A stretch of DNA of 64,000 bases from an uncultured Actinomycetes bacterium. Its GTDB lineage: Bacteria > Actinomycetota > Thermoleophilia > UBA2241. Where the stretch lies: NCBI GenBank assembly GCA_963767005.1, contig CAVYCN010000010.1, forward strand, positions 64,001 through 128,000, given 5' to 3'. Positions 10,201-20,600 of this stretch are shown piece by piece (positions within the stretch are counted from its first letter, which is position 1; every line of letters begins with the position of its first letter). The notes beneath the pieces were generated by a model. That model was not told the origin of the DNA and searched no databases. It saw nothing but the letters and a program-made list of their open reading frames with translations. A program made the position numbers and the translations under genes.

Positions 10201-11413
10201 AGACGGCGCTGCCGGTCGCGGTGGGAGCGGTGACCGTGGCCGTGTACGTGCCGTCGCCGTTGTCCGTCACCGGGCTGACGGTGCCGCCGCCGGAGAGCGC
10301 CGCGATCGTCACGTTTGCGCCGCCGACACCCACGGGGTTGCCGTTCGCGTCGGTGACCGTCACCGTGATGACGGTCGTGCTGGTGCCGTCGGCCGTGATC
10401 GTGGTCGTGGCGCTTGTGAGCGTCGATCGGACCGGGTCGGCGGGACCGGGGACCCCGGTCGCGCTGAAGGTCACGGCGGGAAGCCCGGCGCATGACGCCG
10501 TCAGGCTGTTGGCGCCGGCCGCCGTGCCGAGGGTCCAGCTGCCGACCGTCGCCACGCCGCTGGCGTCGGTGACGGCGGCGGCGTCGGTCACGGTGCCGCC
10601 GCCGCTTGCCACGGCGAAGGTCACGGACGCATGGGGCACAGGACGGCCCTTCGCGTCGGTCACGAGGACGCTCGGGAGCACCGCGACGGCGCTTCCGGCG
10701 ACGGCCGACTGCGTGTCACCGGCGTGGGTGGCCACCTGTGCGGGCGGCGCGGCGATCGTGAAGTGGTAGCTCTTGCCCCAGCGGAACACCTTGCGCCCCT
10801 TGCTGCCGCGCACCTTCCAGGTGAGGGCCACGTAGCTCGGCGGCGCGCTGGGGATCTTCCACGACGTCTTGGCGATGCCCGTCTTCCTCATGATCAGCTT
10901 CGCACCCTGGTAGACGCGCAGTTCGTAGCGGTTGGCACCGCTCACCTTCGCCCAGGCGAACGTCGGCTGCAGCGTCGTGATGGTCCCCTGGGGGACGTTC
11001 GGGTCGATCTTGAACGCCGCGCTCGCGCTCCAGGGCCCCGCGCTCTTGCTACCAACGGCCCGGACCTTCCAGGTCAGCTTGGCGTACAGAGGCAGGCTCG
11101 TGGTTGCCTTCCACGTCCATGAAGTCTTTGCGAGCTTCACCTTGTCGAGGAGCAGCTTGCCGCCCTTGTAGACGCGCAGCTCGTACGTACGTGCGCCGGC
11201 GACCTTGCTCCAGCTGAACGTCGGCTTGACTGCCGTGACAGTGCCGGTCGGCGCCTCGACGACGGGCTTGACCAGGGTCGCAGCCAGCGCGGGAGCGGCG
11301 ACGGCGATGGAGCACAGCAGGAGCGCGGCCAGCAGGCCGAGCCCGGCAAGGCCGCGGCGCGTCGCGCACGCGCGAACGCTTCGGCGGCGATCGTCTTGTG
11401 TGTCAGCGTCCAT
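4208..11413 (-). CDS. Giant secreted adhesin-like protein (2401 aa): signal peptide, two Lys-rich FN3/Ig-like domains, invasin/Big_1-like and tandem Ig-like repeats, C-terminal DUF1566 (Lcl-type, C-lectin-like) domain
   Basis: RBS GGGGAG; signal ending APALA; invasin-like STLT..ITADG...VTDNGDGTYTATVTAP; C-terminus GGGVVAY...YSDWYLPSRDELNWLY...YYWSSSE...AW...VRAVRSF. Confidence 0.9.
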   Translation of the reverse strand: MDADTQDDRRRSVRACATRRGLAGLGLLAALLLCSIAVAAPALAATLVKPVVEAPTGTVTAVKPTFSWSKVAGARTYELRVYKGGKLLLDKVKLAKTSWTWKATTSLPLYAKLTWKVRAVGSKSAGPWSASAAFKIDPNVPQGTITTLQPTFAWAKVSGANRYELRVYQGAKLIMRKTGIAKTSWKIPSAPPSYVALTWKVRGSKGRKVFRWGKSYHFTIAAPPAQVATHAGDTQSAVAGSAVAVLPSVLVTDAKGRPVPHASVTFAVASGGGTVTDAAAVTDASGVATVGSWTLGTAAGANSLTASCAGLPAVTFSATGVPGPADPVRSTLTSATTTITADGTSTTVITVTVTDANGNPVGVGGANVTIAALSGGGTVSPVTDNGDGTYTATVTAPTATGSAVFVATLNGEAVQSGEASQTQLTVTYSPGPLDHFDIGAVSGSQTAGSPFAVSVTAYDAYGNVVTDYAGPATLTASTGDGTVSPTSIDFVDGVATPEVTLTMADSDVSLTVTDGLVSASTSGQISVSNAAADAAQSTLGPTTSSITADGSSSQTITVQVKDAYGNDLTLGGDSVTITELSGGSGTIGPVVDNLDGTYSATVTAPTATGSGVFEATLNDDPIMNGGTTQTQATVNYVPGPLAKFAVSITSGQTVGVALTGTDTITAEDAFGNTVTSFDASGNHVTVYASPNDGTIGGLGSLGLNVLDQASDFMNGVADLSDELTFTGLAGQHTFTATSQFGSLTGTSGSVAIASGAAAACVLSTQPGGALSGAPLATAPVVQLRDAGGNNVAVAGVAVVASIASGGGALSGTTTVTTDTNGRATFSNLILTGTAGSHTLTFTPTSLAAVTSSSFTLGAGAATKLAITTQPVGGASGGLLGTEPVVKIEDSAGNVTTSSATVTVTSSSGSTLGGGQASSGVAASSGVATFTNLTLAGTVSTNYTLTFASSGLSSATSANVQVTPGAADATHSTLTPTSASITANGTAAQVLTVTAKDANGNSLTSGGATVTITRSSGTGTIGAVTDNGNGTYTATVTAPTATGSGVFVATLGGNAVKSGGASQTQATVTYVPGAAAKLAITTQPVGGASGGLLGTEPVVQVQDAQGNLVTGSSATVTVTSSSGSTLGGGQASSGVAASSGVATFTNLTLAGTVSTNYTLTFASSGLSSAVSANVTVTVGTATKLAITTQPVGGACGALLSIEPVVKIEDSAGNVTTSSATVTVTSSSGSTLGGGQASSGVAASSGVATFTNLTLAGTVSTNYTLTFASSGLSSATSANVQVTPGAADATHSTLTPTSASITANGTAAQVLTVTAKDANGNSLTSGGATVTITRSSGTGTIGAVTDNGNGTYTATVTAPTATGSGVFVATLGGNAVKSGGASQTQATVTYVPGAAAKLAITTQPVGGASGGLLGTEPVVQVQDAQGNLVTGSSATVTVTSSSGSTLGGGQASSGVAASSGVATFTNLTLAGTVSTNYTLTFASSGLSSAVSANVTVTVGTATKLAITTQPVGGACGALLSIEPVVKIEDSAGNVTTSSATVTVTSSSGSTLGGGQASSGVAASSGVATFTNLTLAGTVSTNYTLTFASSGLSSATSANVQVTPGAAAKLAITTQPVGGASGGLLGTEPVVQVQDAQGNLVTGSSATVTVTSSSGSTLGGGQASSGVAASSGVATFTNLTLAGTVSTNYTLTFASSGLSSAVSANVTVTVGTATKLAITTQPVGGACGALLSIEPVVKIEDSAGNVTTSSATVTVTSSSGSTLGGGQASSGVAASSGVATFTNLTLAGTVSTNYTLTFASSGLSSATSANVQVTPGAAAKLAITTQPVGGASGGLLGTEPVVQVQDAQGNLVTGSSATVTVTSSSGSTLGGGQASSGVAASSGVATFTNLTLAGTVSTNYTLTFASSGLSSAVSANVTVTVGTATKLAITTQPVGGACGALLSIEPVVKIEDSAGNVTTSSATVTVTSSSGSTLGGGQASSGVAASSGVATFTNLTLAGTVSTNYTLTFASSGLSSAVSANVTVTVGTATKLAITTQPVGGACGALLSIEPVVKVEDAGGNVVTSSSATVTVTSSSGSTLGGGQASSGVAASSGVATFTNLTLAGTVSTNYTLTFASSGLSSAVSANVTVSVGAASKIAVNAGDNQVASPGSAVAVNPSVLVTDVGNNPVSGASVTFAIGSGGGSGTGLTPTTNASGIATVGSWTLGSTAGACTLTATSGSLSGSPVTFHATAIQVGSLYGGGVVAYIFQSGDTGYVAGQCHGLIAALTDQSSGIVWALPAYQSTVVGATSTALGTGLANTTAIIAQNGAGTGYAAGLARAYTGGSYSDWYLPSRDELNWLYTYRAAINATATANGGTAFAASPYYWSSSEGDFFDAWQELFGNGSESDHAKSDTCLVRAVRSF
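5030..8830. repeat. Near-perfect coding tandem array: 10 units of 315/318 bp plus 2 units of 324 bp (higher-order periods 633 and 957 bp)
   Basis: Identical antisense ORF starts at 5094, 5412, 5727, 6045, 6360, 6678, 6993, 7635, 7950 and 8592; spacings 318/315/642. Confidence 0.95.
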
Positions 11414-11568
11414 GGCTCCCCCGGGTGATCACGGCGATCGAGGATTCGTCGGCGCATGGACCGCAGGCAGGCAGCAGCGCGCCGCAGACGGACCGGTGCG
11501 ACCGAACCCCTTCGCTCTCGTCAAGGCACGTCATGTATTGGCTCCCGATGGACGGATTCCTACTGGGT

Positions 11569-11596
11569 TCGTCGGCAGGCGGCCCGGCCGACTGGA
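11569..11596 (-). promoter_or_regulatory. Putative sigma-28 (FliA/WhiG)-type promoter for the 2401 aa gene
   Basis: Minus strand TCCAG-N15-GCCGACGA. Confidence 0.5.
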
Positions 11597-11621
11597 TGGG
11601 ACATGTGACTAGCCCCTGGAT

Positions 11622-11670
11622 GCGGAGAGGGCCGGCCGGGCGCACGCGCCGCCCGGCCGGCCCTCTCCGC
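11622..11670 (-). terminator. Hairpin downstream of the 2975 aa gene (21-bp stem)
   Basis: gcggagagggccggccgggcg-cacgcgc-cgcccggccggccctctccgc. Confidence 0.8.
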
Positions 11671-11685
11671 GAGCGCTACCCGGCG

Positions 11686-14600
11686 CTACTTGATGATCAG
11701 TTTCTTGGCGGTGAGCCTGGTCTGCCTGTTGCCGGCGAGGTCGACCGCCGACACCTTCCAGGTGTAGCTGCCCGGCTTGAGCTTCGCCTTGTACTTGTAG
11801 ACGAGGTTGCGGTTGGTCGCGGCCTGCTTGATCACGATGCGCTTCACGACCTTCTTCTTGAGGTAGATCGTGATCGTCACCCTCGCGTAGCCGCAGCTCG
11901 GCGATGCGTCGGTCACGCGGTACGACAGCTTGCCGACCTTGTTGTGCTTGATCGTCACATTCTTCAGGCCCTTGCCCGAGGGCTTGCCCAGGTCGATGCG
12001 CACGGTGGCGGAGCGAGCGGGGTTCTCGATCGTCCCGGCCGTGTTCACCGAGCGATAGAGGATGGTGGTCTGGCCGGCCGTGCTGATCGGGAGCGGTGTG
12101 CCCGCGGCGATCGGCGTCCAGGTGCCGCCGCCGTCGCGCGAGTACTCGGTGTGGTCGATCGGGGCGCCGCTGCCCGGTGTCGCGGTGAAGGTCAGCGAGA
12201 CCGGATGGTTCACCCAGGCGGCCGTCGGCAGGCCGTGGATGATCGTGTTCGGCATGGTCGGGTCGATGTTCACCGTGAAGGTGGCGATCGCCGTCGCGTT
12301 GCCGATGGCGTCGCTCGCCGTGTACTCGTAGGTGGAGCTGTGCGGCTGGCCGTCGGTCGGCAGCGGGACGTTCACAGTGGCCTGGGCGGCGTTCACCGGG
12401 GTCCAGGTCGCGGCGCCCTGCAGCCGGTAGTCGATCTGGCTCACACCGGCGCCGGCGTCGATCGCCGACAGGTGCACGGCAACGGCCGCGTTGTGCCAGT
12501 AGGCGTCGGCGTCGTTTGAGACGACCGGGCCCTGGGTGTCGATCTTCACCGAGCAGGTGCCCGTGGCGCTCGTGTTGCCGGCGTTGTCGGTCGCCTGGTA
12601 TTCGTAGGCGTGCACGCCGTCGTTGGAGCCGTCGCTCGGGGCCGGCACGACGAACTGGCCGTTCGTCGCCGGCAACCACGTCGCCGCGCCCTGCAGGCGG
12701 TACTGCACGCTCGCGATGCCGCTGCCGTTCGCGCCGTCGTCGGCCGTCACCGTGACCGTGACCGGCGCGTTGTACCAGGCGCTGTCGCTGTCGTCGCCCA
12801 CGGTCGGCGGCGTCGCGTCGATGTTGACGTAGCCGACGTTGGCCGGCGCCTCGAGGTTGCCGGCGGCGTCGACCGACCAGTATTCGATGGTATGCGAGCC
12901 GTCGCCGCTCACCTGGAACGAGCCGCTGTAGGTCTGTCGCGTGCCGCCGTCGATCGTGTAGTAGGTGGCGGCCACACCGCCGCTCATGCCCGAGGTCTTG
13001 TCGCTCGGCTCGAGCGTGACGGTCTGCGGCGTGGTCGCCCAGCCGGTCGTGGGGCTGCTCTGCAGGTCCTGGGTGGTCGTGGTCGGGGGTGTCTGGTCGA
13101 CGTTCAGGTAGCAGGTCTGCGTCACGCCGTCCACGTGGTAGCTGTTCTCGGCGTAGAAGACGATCACATGGCTGCCGTCGGTGCTCTCGGGGATCGTCAC
13201 CGTGTTGGCCGCAGTCTGCTGCGCGCCGCCGTCGACCGTGTAGTAGATCGTGAACGGCCCGTTGTCGCCGCCGGCGGTGATCGTCGCCGAAGCCGGCCCG
13301 GTGTGCCAGTCGGAGCTCGCGTCGGCGGTGAGGCCGTTGCTCTGCGCGTACGGGTTGGAGATGTTCACCCAGCCGGTGTGCGTGGCCTCGACGTTGCCGG
13401 CCTTGTCGGTCGCGTAGTAGGTGATCTCGTGCTGACCGTCGCCGCTGACCGTGAACTGGCCGCTGTAGGTCTGGGGACTGCCGGTGTCGAGCGTGTAGGT
13501 GATCGACTGCAGGCCCGAGACGGCACCCGTGCCGTCGCTCGCCGAGAGGCTCACTGTCTGGCTCGTGGTGCGCCAGTCGGAGATCGAGTCGGGGGCGAGG
13601 CCGGGGTCGGTCGAGGTCGGCGGCGTGGTGTCGATGTTCACGTAGCCGTGCTCGATGGCCTCGGTGTTGCCGGCGTTGTCGACCGACCAGTACGTGACGG
13701 CGTGCTGGCCGTCGGCGCTGATCGTGAACGGTCCCGTGTAGGTCTGCTGGGCGCCGCCGTCGATCGTGTAGGAGGTCGTCGCCACACCCGACAGGCCGTC
13801 GCTCGCGGTGAGGCTGACGAGCTGTGGCGAGTTCACCCAGCCCGAGTTGCTCGTGGCTGCGAGGTTGGTCGCCGAGGTGACCGGCGCCACGGTGTCGACG
13901 TTCACAAAGCCGACGTGCGGGGTCTCGATGTTGCCGATCTTGTCGACCGACCAATAGACGATGCGGTGGCTCTTCGAGCCGCTGACCGTGAACGCGGCGG
14001 TGTAGGTCTGGCGCGTCCCGCCGTCGAGGGTGTAGTACGTGACGGCCGCGCCGCCGCTCATGCCTGATCCCGCGTCGGACGCGGTCAGGTGGACGAGCTG
14101 GCTCGTCTGCTGCCAGCCGGTGTCGGCACTCGTCTGCAGATCGCTCGTCGTGGTCTGCGGCGCCTGCGTGTCGATCTTGACCGTGCAGGTGTGCAGTGTG
14201 CTCGTGTTGCCGGCGTTGTCGGTCGCCTGGTACTCGTAGGTCTGGGCGCCGTCGTCGCTGCCGCCAGCCGGCGCCGGCACCGTGAAGGCGTTGTTGGTCG
14301 CCGCGAGCCAGGTCGACGAGCCCTGCAGGCGGTACTGCGTGCTCGCCACGCCCGAGCCGCCGGTGTCGGCCGGCGTGAGCTGCACGACGACGTCGCTGTT
14401 GTGCCAGACAGCGTCGCTGTCGTCGGTCACGGTCGGCGGCGTGGTGTCGATGTTCACGTAGCCGAGCTTGGCCGTCTCGCTGTTGCCGGCGTTGTCGACC
14501 GACCAGTAGCCGACCATCGTGGAGCCGGCCGTCGATACCTGGAACGGCGTAATGTAGCTCTGGGTGCCCCCGCTGTTCAGGTTGTACGAGGTGCTTGCCA

Positions 14601-17600
14601 CACCGGAGCCGGTGCCGTCGCCGCCGGTCAAGGTGACCGTCTGGGGCGTGTTCTGCCAGCCCGAATGGTTGTTGGCCTGCAGGCCGAGGGCGCTCGTGGT
14701 GGGGGCGCGCGTGTCGATGTTCACCGTGCAGATGCCGCTGGCGCCGCCGACCACGCTCGCGTTACCGGCGTTGTCGATCGCCCGGTACTCGTAGGCGTGC
14801 GACCCGTCGTTCGAATGGTCGGACGGGGCTGCCACCGTGAAGCTGTTGCCGCTCGTGACGAGCCAGGTCTGGCTGCCCTGCGGCCGGTACTGGGTGGCGG
14901 CGATGCCCGAACCGCTGCCGTCGCTCGGGGTGAGCGTCACCGTGAACGCGGCGTCGTGCCAGGCGGCGCCGGCGTTGTCGGTCACGGTCGGTGCGGTCGT
15001 GTCGATGTTGACGTAGCCGCTGCCGGGGGCCTCGGTGTTGCCGGCCGCGTCGACCGACCAGTACGTGATGTGGTGCGAGCCCTCGGCGCTCACCGTGAAC
15101 GGCGTGCTGTAGGTCTGCTGGGCGCCATCTACCGTGTAGTAGGTGGTCGCGGCGCCCGAGACAGCGTCGCTCGCCGACAGCGTCACAGTCACCGGAGCGT
15201 TCTGCCAGCCGGTGCTCGCGCTCGCGACCAGGTTGGTCGCCGTCGTGGTGGGCGGCGTCGTGTCGATGTTCACGTAGCCGTTGTTGACCGCCTCGGTGTT
15301 GCCGAGCGCGTCGACCGACCAGTACGTGACCTGGTGCTGTCCGTCGCCGGAGACGGTGAAGGCGCCGGAGTAGGTCGCCTGGTCACTGCCGTCGAGCGTG
15401 TAGTACGTGGCGGCCGAGCCGCCGGTCATGCCGGAGCCGGAGTCGCTCGGGGCGAGGGTCACGCTGATTGGCGTCGCGTTCGTCACCCAGCCGCTGTGAT
15501 CGTCCGCCTGCAGGTTCGTGGCGGTCGTTGTCGGCGCCTGGGTGTCGATGTTCACGTAGCCGGTGTGCGTGGTCTCGGCGTTACCGGCGTTGTCGGTCGA
15601 GAAGTAGGTGACCGGGTGCGAGCCGTTCGCCGAGATCACGAACAGTACGGTGTAGGGGGTGGCGCTGCCGCCGTCGACCGTGTAGGTCGTGCTCGCGAGG
15701 CCCGAGCCACCGGTGTCGCTGGGACTCAGCGTGACGCTCTGGCTCGCGGTCTGCCAGCCGGTGGTCGCGCTGGTCTGCAGGCCGGTGGCCGTGGTCGTCG
15801 GCTTGGTCAGGTCGATGTTGCAGTAGCCGGTCTCGTGGACGCTTTGCACGCTCACGCTGTTCGTCGCGTAGTAGCTGACGGCGTGACTGCCCTGCGTGCT
15901 GAACGTCACGCTGGCGGGGCTGGCAGCGGTCGTCCAGGTGGTGCCGCCGTCGGTGCTGTAGGAGACGGTGATCGGCGTGTGGTCGCCGCTGCCCGTGATC
16001 GTCACCGTGGTGGCCGCCTTCTGCCACCCGGAGCTCGCGTCGGGCGCCAGGTTCGTCGCCTGGGCATTCGGGTTGGAGATGTTCACGTAGCCGGTCTTGT
16101 GGACGGTCACGTTGCCCAGCGCGTCGACTGCCCAGTACACGATCGCGTGCGAGGTGTTGACGGTGTTCGCGACGGTGAACGGGCCGGAGTAGGTGGTCTG
16201 GGCGCCGCCGTCGACCGTGTAGTAGATGTGGACCACGCCCGAGCCGGCATCGGTCGCGGCGAGCGTGACCTGCTGGCTCGCGGTCTGCCAGCCGGTCAGG
16301 TCGTCGACCTGCAGGCCGGTCGGTGTGACGACCGGTCCCTGGGTGTCGATCTTGACCGTGCAGGTGTGCGTCGCGCTCGGGTTGCCGGCGTTGTCGAGGG
16401 CGCGGTACTCGTAGATGCGCGCGCCGTCGTTCGAGCCGTCGCTCGGCGCCGCCACGACGAACTGGTTGCCGGTCGCGTCCAGCCACGTCGACGAGCCCTG
16501 CAGCCGGTACTGGGTGCCCGCGACGCCCGAACCGCCGGTGTCGTGCGGCGTGAGCGTGACGGGCACCGGCTGGTTGTGCCAGGCGTCGTCGGCGTCGTCG
16601 GCGACCGTCGGCGCCGTGCTGTCGATGTTCACGTAGCCGGTGTTCTGGCTTTCGATGTTGCCGGCGGCGTCGACCGACCAGTAGAGGACGGTGTGCGAGC
16701 TCTGGCCCGACACGCCGAACGAGTTCGTGTAGGTCTGCGCGGGCTGCGAGTCGAGCTTGTAGTAGGTGGTCGCCGTGCCCGACAGATCGTCGGTGGCGGC
16801 CAGGCTCACCGTCTGGCTCGTGTTCTGCCAGCCGGTCGTGGCGCTGCTCTGCAGGCCGGTCGCCGCGGTCTGCGGCGCTGTCCAGTCGATGTTCACGTAG
16901 CCGACGTTGGCCGGCGTCTCGATGTTGCCGGCCGCGTCGACCGACCAGTAGGTCACGGTGTGCGAGCGCTCGCCGCTCACCTGGAACGCGCCGCTGTAGG
17001 TCTGCTGGGCGCCGCCGTCGAGCGTGTAGTAGGTGGCGGCGCTGCCGTTGGCCATGCCCGATGTGGCGTCGCCGGCCGACAGGTTCACCGTCACCTGGGC
17101 AGCGTTGGTCCAGCCGCTCGTGGCGCTGCTCTGCAGGCCGGTCGCCGTGGTCGTCGGCGGCGTGGGGTCGATGTTCACGTAGCCGACGTTGGCCGGCGTC
17201 TCGACGTTGCCGGCCGCGTCGACCGACCAGTAGGTCACCCTGTGCGAGCGCTCGCCGCTCACCTGGAACGCGCCGCTGTAGGTCTGCTGGGCGCCGCCGT
17301 CGACCGTGTAGTAGGTCGCCGCGCTGCCGCCGGTCATGCCCGACGTCGCGTCGCTCGCGCTCAGGGAGACGCTCTGCGCGGTGGTCACCCAACCGGAGCT
17401 GCCGGTCGTCTGCAGGCCGGTCGCCGTGGTCGTCGGCGGCGCGCCGTCGATGTTCACGTAGCCGGTGTGCTGCGGCTCGATGTTGCCGACCGCGTCGACC
17501 GACCAGTACTTGACGGTGTGCGAGCGCTCGCCGCTCACCTGGAAGGCGCCGCTGTAGGTCTGCATGTCGCCGCCGTCGACCGTGTAGTAGGTCGCCGCGC

Positions 17601-20600
17601 TGCCGCCGGTCATGCCCGCGCCGCCGTCGCTCGCCGTGAAGCGGATCGTCTGGGCGCCGCTTACCCAGCCGCTCGTACCGGTCGTCTGCAGGCCGGTCGC
17701 CGTGGTCGTCGGTGCCGTGCTGTCGATGTTCACGTAGCCGGTGTTGTGCGTGGCGTCGTGCGCCTCGATGTTGCCGGCCACGTCGACCGACCAGTAGGTC
17801 ACCGGGTGCGAGCCGTCGCCGGTCACGAGGAACGGACCGGTGTAGAGCTGAGCCGAGCCGCTGTCGACCGTGTACCAAGTCGACGAGAGGCCCGAGCCGC
17901 CGGTGTCCGACGCGCTCAGCTTGACGGTGACGCCGGTCGTCGACCAGCCGCTCGCCTGGGTCGACTGCAGGTTCGTCGCCGCGGTCTGCGGCGCGGTCAG
18001 GTCGAGGTTCACGTAGCCGGTCTGGTGCAGGCTGTCGATCCCGACGTTGTTGGTCGCCCAGAAGACGACGGGGTGGCTGCCCTGCGTGCTCACCGTGAAC
18101 GAGGCGGGGTCGCTCGCGGCCTTCTGCGGCGTCGTGCCGTCGATGCCGTAGGTGACCGAGATCGGGGCGTGGTCGCCGGAGCCGGTGATCGTCACCGTGG
18201 CGGCGGTGTCCTGCCAGCCCGAGCTGCCATCGGCGGCGAGGCCGGCGGCCTGGGCGTACGGGTTGGAGATGTTGACCCAGCCGGTGTGCACGGCCTCGAC
18301 GTTGCCGGCCGCGTCGGTGGCCCAGTAGGTCACGGGGTGCTGCCCCTGGCCGGAGACGGTGAAGGGCGTCGAGTAGGTCTGGGTGCCGCCGCCGTCGATC
18401 GTGTAGGAGATGCTCGCCACGCCTGAGCCCAGGCCGTCATCGGCCGACAGGCTCACCGTCTGGCTCGTGGTGCGCCAGCCCGAAAGGTCGTCCGCCGCGA
18501 GACCGACAGCCGTCGTGGCCGGCGCGCTCGTGTCGATCCACACCGTGCAGCTGCCGATCGTGCTCGAGTTGCCGGCGTTGTCGAGGGCGCGGTACTGGTA
18601 GACGTGGACGCCGTCGGCGGAGTGGTCGGCCGGTGCCGCCACGGTGAAGGCGTTGCCGGTCGCCGTGGTCCACGTCGAGCCGCCCTGCAGCCGCTCCTGG
18701 GTGCCGGCCAGGCCGCTGCCGCCGCTGTCGGCGGGCGTCAGGTGGACGGTCACCGCCGCGTGGTGCCACAGGCCGTCGGAGTCGTCGGTGACCGTCGGCG
18801 CCGCCAGGTCGATGTTCACGTAGCCGGTGTTGGTAGCCTCGGTGTTGTTGACCGCGTCGACCGACCAGTACGTGACTTTGTGCGAGCCCTGGGTCGAGAT
18901 CGTGAAGGCGCCCGTATAGGTCTGTTTCGTGCCGCTGTCGATCGTGTAGTACGTGGCGGCCACGCCGGACAGAGCGTCGTTGCCGGCCAGGCTGACGACC
19001 TGGCTCACGTTCTGCCAGCCGGTCGTGCCGCTTGCCTGCAGGCCGGTCGCCGTGGTGGTCGGCGCCGAGGTGTCGATGTTCACGTAGCCGGTGTGGGTGG
19101 TCTCGACGTTGCCGGCGTAGTCGGTCGACCAGTAGGTGACGGTGTGCGAGCCGTTGCCGGAGACCGGGAACGGTCCGCCGTAGAGCTGCGCCGCGCCGCC
19201 GTCGACCGTGTACTTGGTCGTGGCCACGCCGGAGACGGCGTCGGTCGCCGTGAGCGTGACCGTCTGGCCGGCCGTCTGCCAGCCGGTGTTGCTCGCCGTC
19301 TGCAGGCTGCTCGTCGTCGTGGTCGGCGCGGTGGCGTCGATGTTGACGTAGCCGGTGTGGCTGGTCTCGGTGTTGCCGCCCTTGTCGACCGACCAGTATG
19401 TGATCTTGTGCGAGCCCTGGGTCGAGATGGTGAAGGGCGCCGTGTAGGTCGTCTGGGCGCCGCTGTCGATCGTGTAGTAGGTGGCGGACACGCCGGATTG
19501 CGAGTCGGTCGCGTTCAGGATGACCTGCTGCCCCGCCGTCTGCCAGGTGCTGCCTGAGGACTGCAGGCCGGTCGCCGTGGTGACCGGCGGGGTCGAGTCG
19601 ATCAGGTAGGTCTGGCAGGTGCCGCCGGCGCCGCAGGCCCACAGGCTGCCGCCGGCGCCGCAGATGCCGCGCTGGGTCTGCGTGGTCGCCGAGGTCTGCG
19701 TCGCCCACGACGAGCCGCCGTTGGTGGTGCGGTAGATCACGCCACCACCGCCGATCACCCAGGCGTTGTTCGCGTCGGTCGCATATGTGTCGTAGAGCGT
19801 CTGCGTCGTGGTCGGGGTGAGGGTCTGCAGCGTCCAGTTCGTGCCGCCGTTCGTCGTGTGGCTGACGGCGCCGGCGCTGCCGGTCACCCAGCCGACCGAC
19901 GAGTTGACGAAGGAGATGCCGCGGAGCTGCTGCGTGGTGCCCGACGTCTGCGCCGTCCAGTTCGTGCCGCCGTTGGTCGTGTGGCGCACGCCGCCGCCCG
20001 TGGTGATCAGCCAGCCGTTGTTTGTGTCCGTAAAGGCGACGCCGTAGATGGTGCTCGTGATGCCCGTGGTCTGCGCCGTCCAGGTGGTGCCGCCGTTCGT
20101 GGTGTGGCGGACGACGCCGCCGGTGGTGCAGAACCAGCCGTTGTTGGCATCGACGAACGACACGCCGTAGATGGTGCCGGTGACGCCCGAGGTCTGCGTG
20201 GCCCAGCTCGTGCCGCCGTTCGTGGTGTGGTAGACGACCCCGCCGCCGCCGACGGCCCAGCCGTTCTGGTTGCCGACGAAGCAGACGCTGCGCAGGCTCT
20301 GCGTGGTGGTCGGCGTCAGCGTCTGGGCGGCCCAAGTCGTGCCGCCGTTGGTGGTGTGCCTGATGTTGCCGGTGCCGCCGGCCAGCCAGCCGTTGCTGGC
20401 GTCGGCGAACCAGGCGCCATACCAGGTGACGTTGACGCCCGGCGACTGCGCCGTCCAGGCGTTGTAGGTGGCGGCCCGCGCCGTCGTCGCGCCGCAGACG
20501 CCGGCGGCGGCCAGGACGACGAGGACGACAGCTACGCAGGCGCCACACAGGCGGCGGCGGCGGCGTGGCCCGGCGAGCGGACGTCTGCTCGACCACGGGT

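Noticed and set aside
14089-18426. 1445 aa plus-strand ORF and other long ORFs overlapping the 2975 aa gene
   Set aside because: Shadow frames with no recognisable motifs.
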